Virus record (IMG/VR): IMGVR_UViG_3300010938_000950
Location: 145,767-209,766 of that record
Reading direction: 5' to 3' (one strand)
Length of the DNA stretch: 64,000 nucleotides
The translations under genes were made by a program, and so were the position numbers. Under the pieces are notes generated by a model. The model was not told where the DNA came from and searched no databases. It was given only the letters and a program-made list of their open reading frames with translations. Position 1 is the first letter of the stretch. Each line of letters starts with the position of its first letter. This document shows, piece by piece, positions 28,268-39,342 of the stretch.

Positions 28268-31200
28268 GCAACGTCCTCAAAATCGAAAACCACAAAACCA
28301 TTCTGAGCGCATCTCGGATCGTTTGGTCCGAAGGTTGTGCTCCGATGCGTGTGGTCCTCAGAGACAACGGAGGAGAATTCGTTACGCATCTGGAAGTGTT
28401 GGATCTGGAAGATGGCGTGTTCAAGCACGGCGACTTCCTGCATGGACACTACTTCGGCAAAGATGGTGAGAAAGCCATGGCCGATTACCAGGAGCGCCGA
28501 GCGAAACTCTAATGTGCGACCTATTGGCACGTTTCGATGCCTCACGTAATCTGGATGGCACGCCTGGTGGCATTCGTGATTACGGCAATGGTGTCACTGG
28601 TAGTGTGTCAATCACTTTCGGGTCTGGGAAACTGGATCACACTTGGGGAGTCTTCGGTACGCGATATTCGTACCGATATACTGCTAAGTACCAGTGGAAA
28701 GACAAGAATGGCATTCTACGGATAGTCAAGCTCTCTTCTGATTACTATTCAGAAGAGACCGCTTGGAGAGATGTCGATAAGTACGCTAGTCAAAAACAGC
28801 TAGAGTTAGCCTTTAGCTAGGGCTCCCATTCACGGTTTGCGGTTCGAGGGTGGCATGAAAACCGAAGCACAGCTTGCTAGGACAGAGATGGAGTTGAATG
28901 CCATCGACAACGCTCGTGAAATGATGAGGTATTTGGGATTCTCTCCCCATAACGGAGATACCTGGAAACGTCATTGCGAAGAGCTGAACTACAAGCTTGT
29001 GGATGAGTTGAAGCGTGGAGAGTTTTGGCTCAACAACCCTAACTACAAGATGAGTTTCTAAGTTATGGCCAAGTTTCTCCTGACTGACTGGGAAATCAAC
29101 GGGTACGATGACTCCGACTTCATGGCATCGTACTATGATGACAAGTCCAACACCATCGGATTCACGTGCTATGGTAGCACGCGGTATCCCTCGGCCACTA
29201 TCATCGGACACAATACCGATGGCTCGACGACTGTTGTTGTCGATGGTGAGAATCTTCTCATGCCTAACTCTGACGTGGTGGAGAAGGCTCGACTGGTTCT
29301 GGAAGAAAACATCTTCCAGCGTCTCACCAAGTCCGATAAGCGTTTGGTAGATGAGCCGGAAGTGGAGGATCTTTCTAAGGGCCTCCGTGTTCGTCTGCTC
29401 ACCAGCGCTCGCATGCAGGTCCGCTCCACCGAACCTTGCACCAAGTGCAATGGTTCTGGCAAGTGGGTCAATCCTCGTCGGGAAACTGATGTTCGTGATT
29501 GCTTTTCTTGTGGTGGCTCTGGTCAACACAAGGGAGCTAAGGTCAAGAACGAGGAAGGAAAGCAGGTTTACGAAGTGTTGCCTGCCGACCTTGCAGGATC
29601 CGTAGTGGATTGGAATAGCTTCGGGCAGTTTTATGCCAGCGGCTATAACAAGCCCAATCGCCACAACACTACGGTTCAGTTCCGAACTGACGATAACAAG
29701 GTGGTTCGGGCCAGTCTTTCCAAGTTGCGCTTGGATCGGGACTACCAGTCACCCGAAGTTCTTCGTAAGAAAGCTAAGGATTTTTCCTTCAGCTATCAGT
29801 TCAGCGCTCTGTATCCTCGGTTCGCTTGGGATACTCGCAACTATGCGGCGCAAGTCGCCGCTCCCATTCACCGCTAGCCCGGAACGATCGCCATGACGTT
29901 CGATGTTTCCAAGGTCACACACGAAAGCCGCATCCTGGTGGGTGCGGTTCAGGTCAACAAGCCCTTCATCTATCACGATGCCAGCTACGAATGCGCAGCA
30001 TGGTGGGAAGATCGTGAGGCTCAGACTGGAACGCATCCGGTCTATCTTGCTCGCAGCTACCATCATCCGAAGAATCTGACCCTGACGGCTCACATCAAGG
30101 CCAAGGTGGTGAATGATTACTTCCCTGGTCTTTGGGGTGGTGTGGCTATCAGTCGCGAGCCCTACAAGCCCAAGCATATTGGGGAAGAACGTACCATCTA
30201 TCGTGGCCTGGATATTGTCGAGGCCATCGAATCCACCGGAAATTCTCCCGGCTCTGACCTTGACATCTTCATTCACCCTTCTTGGTGGAAGGTGTTCACG
30301 GATGAAGCGGAGGCGGAGCTTCGAGAGGATTACCGGCGCCTTCCTGAGTTTTGGAACGAGTGGAACAATCTCGATCCTCAGACGTTCAGGACCAAGATGG
30401 ATGGTCGCTGGGAATTCGATGATGAGTTTCGTTCCCGTTTGGGAATGATTGCTCACTTCGGAAACCTGTTGGAGAAATGGTCTCGTCGAATCGAGAAGAT
30501 CAACTGGCGATATCAGTACCACAAGGTGGGTGGCAAGTACGACACGGCCTACCAGCGTGACAACTTCGCCAAGAATACCGAGTGGACCAAGTCCATTCCT
30601 ATTCAGACTCATACATGAAAGAAATAGAAGTCTGGCCAGGTAACCACATCGTCCGCACCATTCAAAAAGCGCTCAAAGAAGCGCCCTGCTACTTCATCTT
30701 CAACGGTTGCCGAATTGAAGTTGTAGAAAGCATGATTGATCATAAAGATGCAGAAGCTCATCTTTATCAGGTCTATCTTGCCTATATGGATAAACGACCG
30801 GCACCCGTTTGGAATAGCAAGAGCGCAGAGAAGCCTTGTAAATCGTGTGGACGAAACAACTTCATCACTGACAAGAAATGTTGGTGGTGTGAAACCGCAA
30901 ATCCCTGTCTCTGAAAGAACATGAAAGCATACATCTTCCTGAAGAATGATTCGGGGGAACCTCAACTTCTCGCAAAGGTGGAGGATCTGGAAGTTGTGCC
31001 GCGAGGCATCTATGTGATCGATGGGGTGGAATACCAGTATACTGGTCAGCCCACCTTCATCATCGACAAGATGCCTTATCTCTATGGTGGAAAACACCGA
31101 CTGACTCGGGTGGAATTCCAAGTAGAGAAAAAGATTCAAGAAACCTGAACATCAAATGTTCGTCCTCTTCAACACACTCTTCCGAAAAAAGGAAGAGAAA

Positions 31201-33225
31201 TGCCAGCCGCAGGGTGGACCGTATCGGATGCCGGCAGAGATGCCGCCTCCCATTCCCGACCCGCCCAAACCAAAACCCAAACGTCAATTCAAATTCAAAA
31301 TGCCTGCCGTCAATCCCAGTAAGACTACCAAAGTCTTCATGTGCATTCTCGCAATTGGTGCCTGCCTGATCGGAATGGGTCTTCTGTACGATGCCCCATT
31401 GCTGGGTCTGGGTTTCAAATGGGGTACGGGTGGGGCACTTGGCGTTCTTGCTGTATTCTTCGCTGTCAAGGTCTTCGTGATCATCGACGACAAAGAGTAA
31501 CATGCAAAGGTTCTTCATCATAATCACCATATTGATTGCCCTATTCACTGGCTGGTGTTTCTACACTAAACAGCCACGTGAAACCAAGGCACTCAATCTG
31601 GTAAATACGATGTTGGGCCTGCGACTTATAATTCTTTACTCGCAGAAAAAGGACAGAAGCAAAAATCATGGGTGATAAGGTCAAGCCTTGGCACAATCGT
31701 AAGCCGAAGAAGCATGGTGAGCAGCGCGGTAAGCGTGTGCATCCATTGCGTCCCAGCCAAGACAAGCGTATCGTTCCTCTTCGACCGAATGATCGTTATG
31801 GGGACGAGCGTGTTCGAGAGTACAATCTCGACGATTACGACGACTACCTGGACCACTAGAAGTCATGGGCGGTCCCATCAAACCCAAGGATGTGCAATCC
31901 AAAAAGGATGCTGCACTTCCCGAAGAAGTCTTCGAGGTTTTCAACCAGCTCATCGTCGAAAATTGGGATGGTCGTTCGGCTACTGTCAATCAAGATGAGG
32001 CTTGCAAACGCATATGCAAGGCTCTAAAGATCAAGAGTGGCGAAGCTTACGACCGTGGCCTGCTTGATGTAGAGTCTGCGTATCGAAAGGCCGGCTGGAA
32101 AGTCGTTTTCGATAAGCCCGGTTTCAACGAAAACTACGATGCCTTCTTCGTCTTTTCCAAAAAGAAATAGCAAATGAAAGACGCTCTCTGGGTTTTCAAA
32201 TCGTTCGGCTTCAAGGCCGGCGTCCTTTTCGTCTTGGGCGCCGTTGGTCTCAAGATCCGACGACTCCTGGGCCGCTCGAAAAAGCCCAAGAAATTCGAGG
32301 AGTTATCTGACGAAGAAGCTAGGAAGGTAGCTGCACAATTCGGCATCTTTCCTGGTCAAAGTCGTCATATGCTCAACTACCAATTCAACGAGCAGAACGA
32401 AAACAGGACTCTGCACTGACATGCGATTCACCACCATCAGCGGTTCACTTTACGAAGTGGATACCGAGAACAAAAAGATCCGGCGCCTCAACGGCAAAAA
32501 GGATCCCACTCCACGTCAAGGGAAAGATGGTGAGTGGCGCGGTTATCTTGGCGAGCTGTCCGTTACTATCGGTCAGCCTGTTTGGATTATCTGGGCAGAT
32601 GCTCATCCCTTGACGGATGAAACCAAGGGCCTCTTCGGTATCAATGATGCCGATGATGTTCCTGTTCCTGGTCGCTCTACCTTCACTAGTGTGGTGGTAG
32701 AGATCGATGACAAAGTATACCACTAAATCCTCATAAGGATTAGGTAGGTGTTTCGTGTTCTTAGTACGGCAACAAAGAAAAGTGATTGGGTCGTTTGACC
32801 TATTCGTGGACGCTTGGTTGTACGTCTACCTAGAATGCGAATGCTTTGCGATGATCCTAGAGCGGGGAACCAGTTATAACTGGATAGTAAATCCCGCTCT
32901 GAGTAATTAGACTTAGCTATTACATATCTCAGCAGGTATTCGAAAATTCCGCTGCGGCTGTAACGGCTCCCATTCACGGCAACCGCTCGCCGATTGCCGT
33001 CGAATCGCTTACGCAAACGGGGCACACGAGCCCCATTGAATGACGGAGCTAAATCTCCTCAGAGAGATGACGCAACGGCAGACGATGCCGGCTCCTGTAA
33101 ACTGTCCCGTGTTTGTCAGACGGGACATACTTACTTATATAAGTCGCTATGAACTAATAGCATCTCAACGTGTTGTTGGGACTAGGATAGTGAATAGCAT
33201 GTCTCGTCAAAAAGGAATTCACAAA
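28264..33225 (+). other. Run of hypothetical ORFs including 28264..28512, 28512..28820, 29065..29877 (DnaJ-type zinc finger), 29893..30618, 30921..31148, 31156..31500, 31668..31859, 31865..32170, 32174..32419 and 32421..32726
   Basis: Contiguous + strand ORFs with short or overlapping spacers. Confidence 0.7.
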
Positions 33226-33227
33226 TC

Positions 33228-33656
33228 ATGAGCACTTCTCTCGATATCACGGTGACGCTCGTCCAGGTGGACGGCAAGATCGACCTCGACCAGTCCGCTG
33301 CGGCCTTCCGCACGGCGGCCCTCAAGCGCCAGGCGGAGCTGGAGACGGAGACGACCGAGATCGCTGCGGCGGTCGAGGCCATCTACGACCAGCACCACGG
33401 CAAGTCCATCCCGATGCCGACCCTCGGCTCGATGGTGGCGCAGGCGCTCAACGCCCAGCCGGAGAACTTTGCGGTTCTCAGCGAGCGTGCCCTCGACTAC
33501 GTCCGGGCGAACAGCCAGGGCGAGGTCAAGGATGGTGTCGAGGAGCGTCCCGATTCGCTCTTCGTCATCAGCAAGGGCAAGGGCGGTGGCTGCGGTCGCC
33601 GTGCCGACCTTCCGGCCAAGCCGGCCAAGCCCGCCAAGGGCAGCAAGACGGCCTGA
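33228..33656 (+). CDS. Putative DNA-binding protein, paralogue of 15432..15884
   Basis: VQVDGKIDL and SKGKGGGCGRRAD; very GC3-rich codons; basic PAK tail. Confidence 0.8.
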   Translation: MSTSLDITVTLVQVDGKIDLDQSAAAFRTAALKRQAELETETTEIAAAVEAIYDQHHGKSIPMPTLGSMVAQALNAQPENFAVLSERALDYVRANSQGEVKDGVEERPDSLFVISKGKGGGCGRRADLPAKPAKPAKGSKTA

Positions 33657-33663
33657 TCCGTCA

Positions 33664-33701
33664 GTGAATAGGGGCTGGCTGTAAAGGTCAGCCCCATTCA
33701 C
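33664..33701 (+). terminator. Strong hairpin after gene 33228..33656 whose 3' arm is a variant of the 11-mer
   Basis: GTGAAT-A-GGGGCTGGC-TGTAAAG-GTCAGCCCC-ATTCAC; no clear U-tract. Confidence 0.45.
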
Positions 33702-33717
33702 AAGTCTAAAGATATTG

Positions 33718-33871
33718 GTTAGGCCATAGTAATCCTTCCTTCTATATTTGCTAAATAAAACAGGGTTACTGCTTTCCTAACTAAGACGAGCCATGTAGAT
33801 GCATGTTTACACCATGCATTCGCCCTTCCTTCTATACTGCGAACATAAAACAGGGCCTACGCTTACTCGTC
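33718..33871 (+). ncRNA. Tandem pair of the same covarying RNA motif (units 3-4)
   Basis: Units 33718-33781 and 33785-33871 keep CCAT, CTTCCTTCTA, AAAACAG and GCTTW; unit 4 carries an inserted hairpin ATGCATG/CATGCAT. Confidence 0.8.
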
Positions 33872-33985
33872 ACTTTTCAGAGATAGGCCATAGTCTCATT
33901 CACTGAGAATACTATGTGCTTAGTTGTAATGGTAAGTGATATTGCCATTACCCCGGAGGTATGACCATAAGGCGTATCCTCCGTT

Positions 33986-34055
33986 TCCCATCATGGTATG
34001 ACGCCAATTGTGTAGCTACATGGCGTGGGGATGGTTCGATTCCACCCGGTGGGAC
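33986..34055 (+). ncRNA. D-armless tRNA-like element
   Basis: Acceptor TCCCATC/GGTGGGA, T loop TTCGATT, ACGCCA/TGGCGT stem with a 14-nt loop. Confidence 0.5.
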
Positions 34056-34124
34056 TGGCGCCTACAGACACTCTAAGTCCTTTTCCTTCCAGGCAATGTA
34101 GTCTGATGGCGCCTCTATGTTTAT

Positions 34125-34251
34125 CCCCGTACGTATTGGTGCGAGCGTTAGTGCAAGTAATCAGTGTTCTAGAAGCTGATGATGCCAAGAGTCTGCTAGC
34201 GACTCATACGGAGTGAAACTAACTAGCTGGGTTCGAGTCCCAGTGCGGGGT
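34125..34251 (+). ncRNA. tRNA-like element with a 65-nt structured insertion at the anticodon position
   Basis: Acceptor CCCCGTA/TGCGGGG, T arm CTGGG-TTCGAGT-CCCAG, stem GTTAGT/ACTAAC enclosing internal hairpins. Confidence 0.6.
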
Positions 34252-34531
34252 GCCCTTTCCAAAAAGAAAACATGCAACACATCGAAGATCCTCCTCCCTG
34301 TCGTCATTGTGGACGCTGCGTATTCTGCGGACCTCCTTGCTGTGATGGTATGGCAGAGGACATCAAGGCGTGGCAAAACTCTCCAGAATATCTGGAGCTA
34401 GTTCGTAAGCAAAAAGAAGAAGGCAAGCGAGCCAAAGCCGAAAGAAAAGCCGCCAAGAAATTGCGGCGGCAAAAGCAGCTTGCCGAACGAAACAATCCTC
34501 CCATTCACAGCAACCTTCAACCGCAAGAAAA

Positions 34532-35122
34532 ATGAACAAACCCTACATTCAGCTCGACGAAAACTTCCCTGGCATCGTGAGTCTCTTCATGTATGACAAG
34601 GAAAATGCCAAGAACCTTTCCTCTATGGCGGAGACCATTCTGCGCCGGGAGCGTTCTGGTCTGAGTCAGGGTCAGCGAGAGCTGATTGCTGCGGTCGTTT
34701 CTCGCTGCAACGAGTGTCAGTTCTGCTATCGTTCGCACGCTGCCTGTGCCAAGGAATACTTGGGTGAGGAGCTGGTGGACGAGGTGTGCGAGAAGCTGAA
34801 TCCCGAAGCGGTTCCTCCCAAGTTCCGAGCGCTGCTTGGTCTGGCTGCCAATGTGACGGTTCTCGATCGTGAGGCCATTGCACGTTCGGTTGCTCTTGCC
34901 AAGGAGCTTCAAGCTTCAGACGAAGAGATTCACGATACCGTTCTGGTGGCTGCCTTCTTCAACATGTGCAACCGCTATGTGGACGGCCTCGGTACCACGT
35001 TCAAGGAGAACGAGCCCGAGGAAGGCGGTCGTAGTCTTCGCAAGTACGGCTACATCTTTGGTGTTCGTCGCTTCATTGGCGAAGTTCTCCCCAAGATGTG
35101 GGCGAATCTCTGGAAGGAGTAG
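34532..35122 (+). CDS. AhpD/carboxymuconolactone decarboxylase-family (peroxidase-related) protein
   Basis: LSQGQRELIAAVVSRCNECQFCYRSH; FNMCNRYVDGL. Confidence 0.88.
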   Translation: MNKPYIQLDENFPGIVSLFMYDKENAKNLSSMAETILRRERSGLSQGQRELIAAVVSRCNECQFCYRSHAACAKEYLGEELVDEVCEKLNPEAVPPKFRALLGLAANVTVLDREAIARSVALAKELQASDEEIHDTVLVAAFFNMCNRYVDGLGTTFKENEPEEGGRSLRKYGYIFGVRRFIGEVLPKMWANLWKE

Positions 35123-35126
35123 AAGC

Positions 35127-36273
35127 ATGGCCGGGTCGGTGGCTGTTGCCGTAAATCCCCAGACCGTGGATATCCGACCCTTCGTAAAATATCTTTGTGG
35201 AATGGATAAGCGCATTGTTGTTTATCCATTCTATGAGGATGTAGAAGAAAACAAGGGATTCTTCGTTACGAAGGACAACATCTTCATCCCATACGTCCTA
35301 CCTAAGATTGAGCACGACATTGCTCATCTCTTAGAGTTGCGTAATTCCAAGCGCTGGACTATGGTGGATTGGGGCATGCCTCGCTTCGAGAAGGATGACA
35401 TCAAGCCTAGTCCATTCTTTGCTGCATTGAGTCGTGAGATTCGTACCCGAGCCATCCAGCTTCATATGGAGCCGGAAGCTGTCGGCAATATGAACAGCAC
35501 AACTTACAATCAGTTGGCCAATCATTATTGGTCAGACATGGTGAAGAAGCTTCTACCGTTTGGTCGCTTCCAAACCTATCAAGATGTAGAGTGTTGGCTC
35601 GGACACTTGAGAGAGTGTACCTACAAGGCTTGGTGCCAAGATCGAATTGTCCACGAATGGAAGATTCGTTTGAATCATATCCAGAATTGGATGGAAACCG
35701 CATGAGATTCAAAGCCACCTTCAAAACCCCGGACGTTCTAGACTATGCGCTAGAATACTTCGAGGGTGAAGACCGAGAAACCGCTAAAGAACTGGCTGAA
35801 AAGTACATCGAATATGGTGAGTATATTACCATCGTATTCGATACCGAAACTCAAACCGCTACTGTCCTACCTATCAGGTAGGCCACCAAAGAAGAAAGAC
35901 AATGCCGAAGATGCAGAAGCTCCTGACTATGAATCGTCAGGGCGAGTTCCAGATTTACACCTATGGTGATTCTCACTGTGGAACACTGACCAATCAGTTC
36001 CTTCCGGTGAAGTATCATCTGGTGTGTGAATGCGAGAACATCCTGGATCCGCGCGGGTTCCTGTTCGAGCAGGTCAGCGTGGACACCTTCTTCAAGAGCT
36101 TGAAGAAGACCAAGCTTTCCTGTGAGAAGCTGACCATTTCTTGCTGCAAGAAGTTGGTCTCTCTCATTCGCAAGGACAATCCGGTCTGTCGGGTGCGCAG
36201 CATCAAGCTGACGCTTTCGCCTCACCCGTTCCAGGCCAGCATGACCTACTCAGTCGAGCCCATCCGCGCCTAA
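35127..36273 (+). other. Hypothetical ORFs 35127..35705, 35702..35881 and 35902..36273 (possible T-fold)
   Basis: Packed + strand ORFs. Confidence 0.65.
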
Positions 36274-36292
36274 CAGCGCAAGGTAGGTTGCG

Positions 36293-36751
36293 ATGCAAAC
36301 GAACTACCTTCAGCACGTTTTTGATCAGGCGCTCTTTCAGAAGTCAGTGGACAAAACCATTGCTATTGCGGAGCGCCTAAAGAAGAGTGAAGGTTTCGAT
36401 ACCATCGCTTTCAGTGGAATGAGCGGGGCAGCAATGGCTTTCCTGCTCTCTCACTGGATGAATGTCCCTTTGTTGTGTGTTCGCAAAAAGGCTGACACTT
36501 CTCATTACGTCCAGTCATCTCGAAAGTTTCTGGAAGGTAATGTGGCGGATGTTCACAGGTATCTGATTGTTGATGACTTCATCTCCAGCGGAGCTACGGT
36601 CCAATACATCATTGATACCATCAAATATAGCAGATTCGATAGTGAGTGTGTTGGCATGATTATGTATGCTGCATACTCAAATCGAGAATGGACTCACCCT
36701 ATTACTAGGGAAGTTTACCGCGTGATAACTTCCAGTCCGGAAGCGACATGA
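36293..36751 (+). CDS. Type I phosphoribosyltransferase
   Basis: SGMSG...VRK...YLIVDDFISSGAT PRPP-binding motif. Confidence 0.9.
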   Translation: MQTNYLQHVFDQALFQKSVDKTIAIAERLKKSEGFDTIAFSGMSGAAMAFLLSHWMNVPLLCVRKKADTSHYVQSSRKFLEGNVADVHRYLIVDDFISSGATVQYIIDTIKYSRFDSECVGMIMYAAYSNREWTHPITREVYRVITSSPEAT

Positions 36752-37635
36752 AAAACAAAATTCTGGAAGCTCTGGAACACAGGGCACTTTCTCAGCAAGA
36801 GCTAGCAAATTCAATTGGGGTGGAAGATGATGCCCATGAACTCATGAAGGCTCTCTACCACCTCAATCAAGAATCACTCATCGTCAAGCATCCTATCATG
36901 GATGGATGCAAAACCTGTGCATGTCACGTTACTTACAAGTGGCGTTTGACTTTTGCCGGCCGTCAATACCTGAACGAAAACATCAAACCACAAGAGACAC
37001 AATCATGAGCGAGAAGAAGCACACCAGGCACGATCGCAAGCACGACCGGGAATTCAAGAACGAGCAGTTGGAGCTGGATGAGGAAGACAAGTGGCATCCG
37101 ACTCCAGAACAGTTCGCGGCCTTCCAGGCCCATGATGCTGGTCTTTGCATCGGCAATCTGCGCCTGCTCCTGTCGGGGCGCTTCCCGCTCTCGCTCAAGG
37201 AGTTGAAGGACTCTACCCTTCACTCTGCCTTGACGGTAGAGCGGCAGGTTGCTGCGTGGCTCCAGACTGGCTACGTTCTGGAGAACAAGGGGAAGTATTC
37301 TCTCAATCCTGCCTACAAGGGACGATAATGTTCCCCTCGCCTAAAGAACTAGATGCCCAATCCCAAATCAAATTGGATGGTTGGGTGGATCTAGATTCAG
37401 AAAGGTGGCGGGAAACTGACTCTGACCCAGGGCTGACCAAGAAGTGGTTGGTAATGCTCATGAAAGAGCCTGCCTACCTTTTCACAGATTCAGATGGTCG
37501 CATCTGGGGTAAAGGTGAGAACGGGTACTATTATCCTTACCATTATGAATATGGTAAGAAGAAATATGGAATCCGTATTCCCAAGAAAGCCGCCAACTAA
37601 AACCTCCCATTCACGGAAAACCAACGAGCCCGGTT

Positions 37636-38784
37636 ATGAACGCTGCTACGACTGAATTCGAGAACATCGTACTGACTGAACTTAGCCGGGCTTGGCATTC
37701 TAACGTCCTCAAGTTCAAGTGGAATAAGAGCGGAATCACAGCCCCTCAGTTTCGTATTACCGAAGCTCATGTGGATCATTGGGCTCAGTGGGTTCCAAGC
37801 AAACGAGAGATGCACTTCTCTCGTCATCTCGTCTCCACCCGTCCTTGGAATGAAGTGCTGGAAGTTCTCAAGCATGAGATGGCTCACCAGTATGTGAGCG
37901 AAGTTCTCAAGGTTACTGGCGAGCCTCCGCACGGACCTGCGTTCAAGTCTGTATGCAAACAGTACAACATTGACGCTGCTGTTCGTGGTACTCCAGGTGC
38001 AGACAAGGTGACGACCACGAACCATATCGTGGAGAAGATTCAGAATCTTCTGAAGAAGACGGTAGAGAACGGAGCCTCCGAAGAGGAAGCAAAAGCTGCC
38101 GCTTCTATCGCTCATAACTTGATGCTCAAGTACAACATCGAGCTTCAAGAAAAGAACGAAGAGCTTGGCTACACGGTACGCTATCTTGGCGGGGTGACTG
38201 GACGTATTCAGGGATACATGAGTGAGCTTGCTGCTCTCATCAGCAAGTATTATTTTGTGGAAATCATCTGGATTAGCTCCTATGACCCTCGTACCAAGAA
38301 GAAGGGTCATGAGCTGGAAATCTCCGGCACAGAAGAAAACGTAGAGGTAGCAGAATACGTCTACAATTTCATCTCCAAAGCTGCCGTGGAAACTTGGGAG
38401 AATAAACTGAAGGACAAAAACTTCAAGTTTTCTCTTCACCAGGAATTCAACCGCAACTTTGGATATAGCGGTTATGCTCCGCAATCTATCCAAGGCTTTA
38501 TCACTTCTTCCCGAACCAACTTCCTGATTGGATTCGTTCGTGGATTCCGCGAGCAACTCAAACAGGCCGAGGCTCAGGAGCAGGAGGCTGGTCTGATTCT
38601 TCGTAAAGATCCAAACCTGGAAGCCTTCTACCATCAGCGCCACCCGCACATTCAAAACATCAAGCGTGGAGGGGGTTTCGCTAACCCCAACATGCGCAAC
38701 CAAGGTTTTGCCGAAGGTCAGGCACTCAAGATGCCGTCTGGAATCAAGGCCAGTAAGCAATACATCCCCCTTTTGGGAAAGTGA
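37636..38784 (+). CDS. SprT-like metalloprotease fused to DUF2786 domain
   Basis: VLKHEMAHQ, PHGPAFKSVC, then EKIQNLL...EEEAKAA...LMLKYNI. Confidence 0.85.
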   Translation: MNAATTEFENIVLTELSRAWHSNVLKFKWNKSGITAPQFRITEAHVDHWAQWVPSKREMHFSRHLVSTRPWNEVLEVLKHEMAHQYVSEVLKVTGEPPHGPAFKSVCKQYNIDAAVRGTPGADKVTTTNHIVEKIQNLLKKTVENGASEEEAKAAASIAHNLMLKYNIELQEKNEELGYTVRYLGGVTGRIQGYMSELAALISKYYFVEIIWISSYDPRTKKKGHELEISGTEENVEVAEYVYNFISKAAVETWENKLKDKNFKFSLHQEFNRNFGYSGYAPQSIQGFITSSRTNFLIGFVRGFREQLKQAEAQEQEAGLILRKDPNLEAFYHQRHPHIQNIKRGGGFANPNMRNQGFAEGQALKMPSGIKASKQYIPLLGK

Positions 38785-38790
38785 GAAATC

Positions 38791-39342
38791 ATGGTCACGC
38801 AACACATTGTCCCGCTGTATCGTTTGGAATTGATCCGCGAGAAGGATCTGCCTTATCGATCGGTCACCTCAATCGAGGCAGCGGCTGAGGTGTTCCATGA
38901 AATGCTGGACTCTTCTCCTGTCGAGAAGTTGGCCGTCATTCATTGCAACTCTAGTCTCCAAATGATTGGAGCCGAGTTGATCGCTGTGGGATCCATCGAA
39001 CGGGTGTCGGCTGTTCCCGCTGACATCTTCCGTGGTGCGCTGCGTAATAATGCAGCCACCATCTGGATGGCACACAATCATGTGGACGGGAACGTCAAGG
39101 CATCTCTGCCAGACTACATGTTCACAGAGCGTGCATTGAAGGCAGCCGAGATTCTGGAGATTGGTCTGGAAGATCACTTGGTCATCGGGCCGGGTGCGCA
39201 CTATTCCATCCGACAACACTCCACAGAATTGGCTCTGGAAGTTCGTCAAAAGGAAAAGGCGCGCTTGCAGCAAACACTTCTTGGTGGAGCCGACCCAACA
39301 ATGTTGGCAAAGCTCCTCCTTTTGGGTAAGGGAATCAAGTAA
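38791..39342 (+). CDS. RadC-like JAB domain protein
   Basis: E at the start of the domain, VPADIFRGAL..NAATIWMAHNHVDG...S..D...T. Confidence 0.85.
   Translation: MVTQHIVPLYRLELIREKDLPYRSVTSIEAAAEVFHEMLDSSPVEKLAVIHCNSSLQMIGAELIAVGSIERVSAVPADIFRGALRNNAATIWMAHNHVDGNVKASLPDYMFTERALKAAEILEIGLEDHLVIGPGAHYSIRQHSTELALEVRQKEKARLQQTLLGGADPTMLAKLLLLGKGIK

Noticed and set aside
20985-31240. Near-matches to the 11-mer inside CDSs (20985 TTCCCATTCAT, 27709 ACCCATTCAC, about 31227 CTCCCATTCCC)
   Set aside because: One or two mismatches, explainable by protein sequence (FPF, RPIH, PPIP); not counted.
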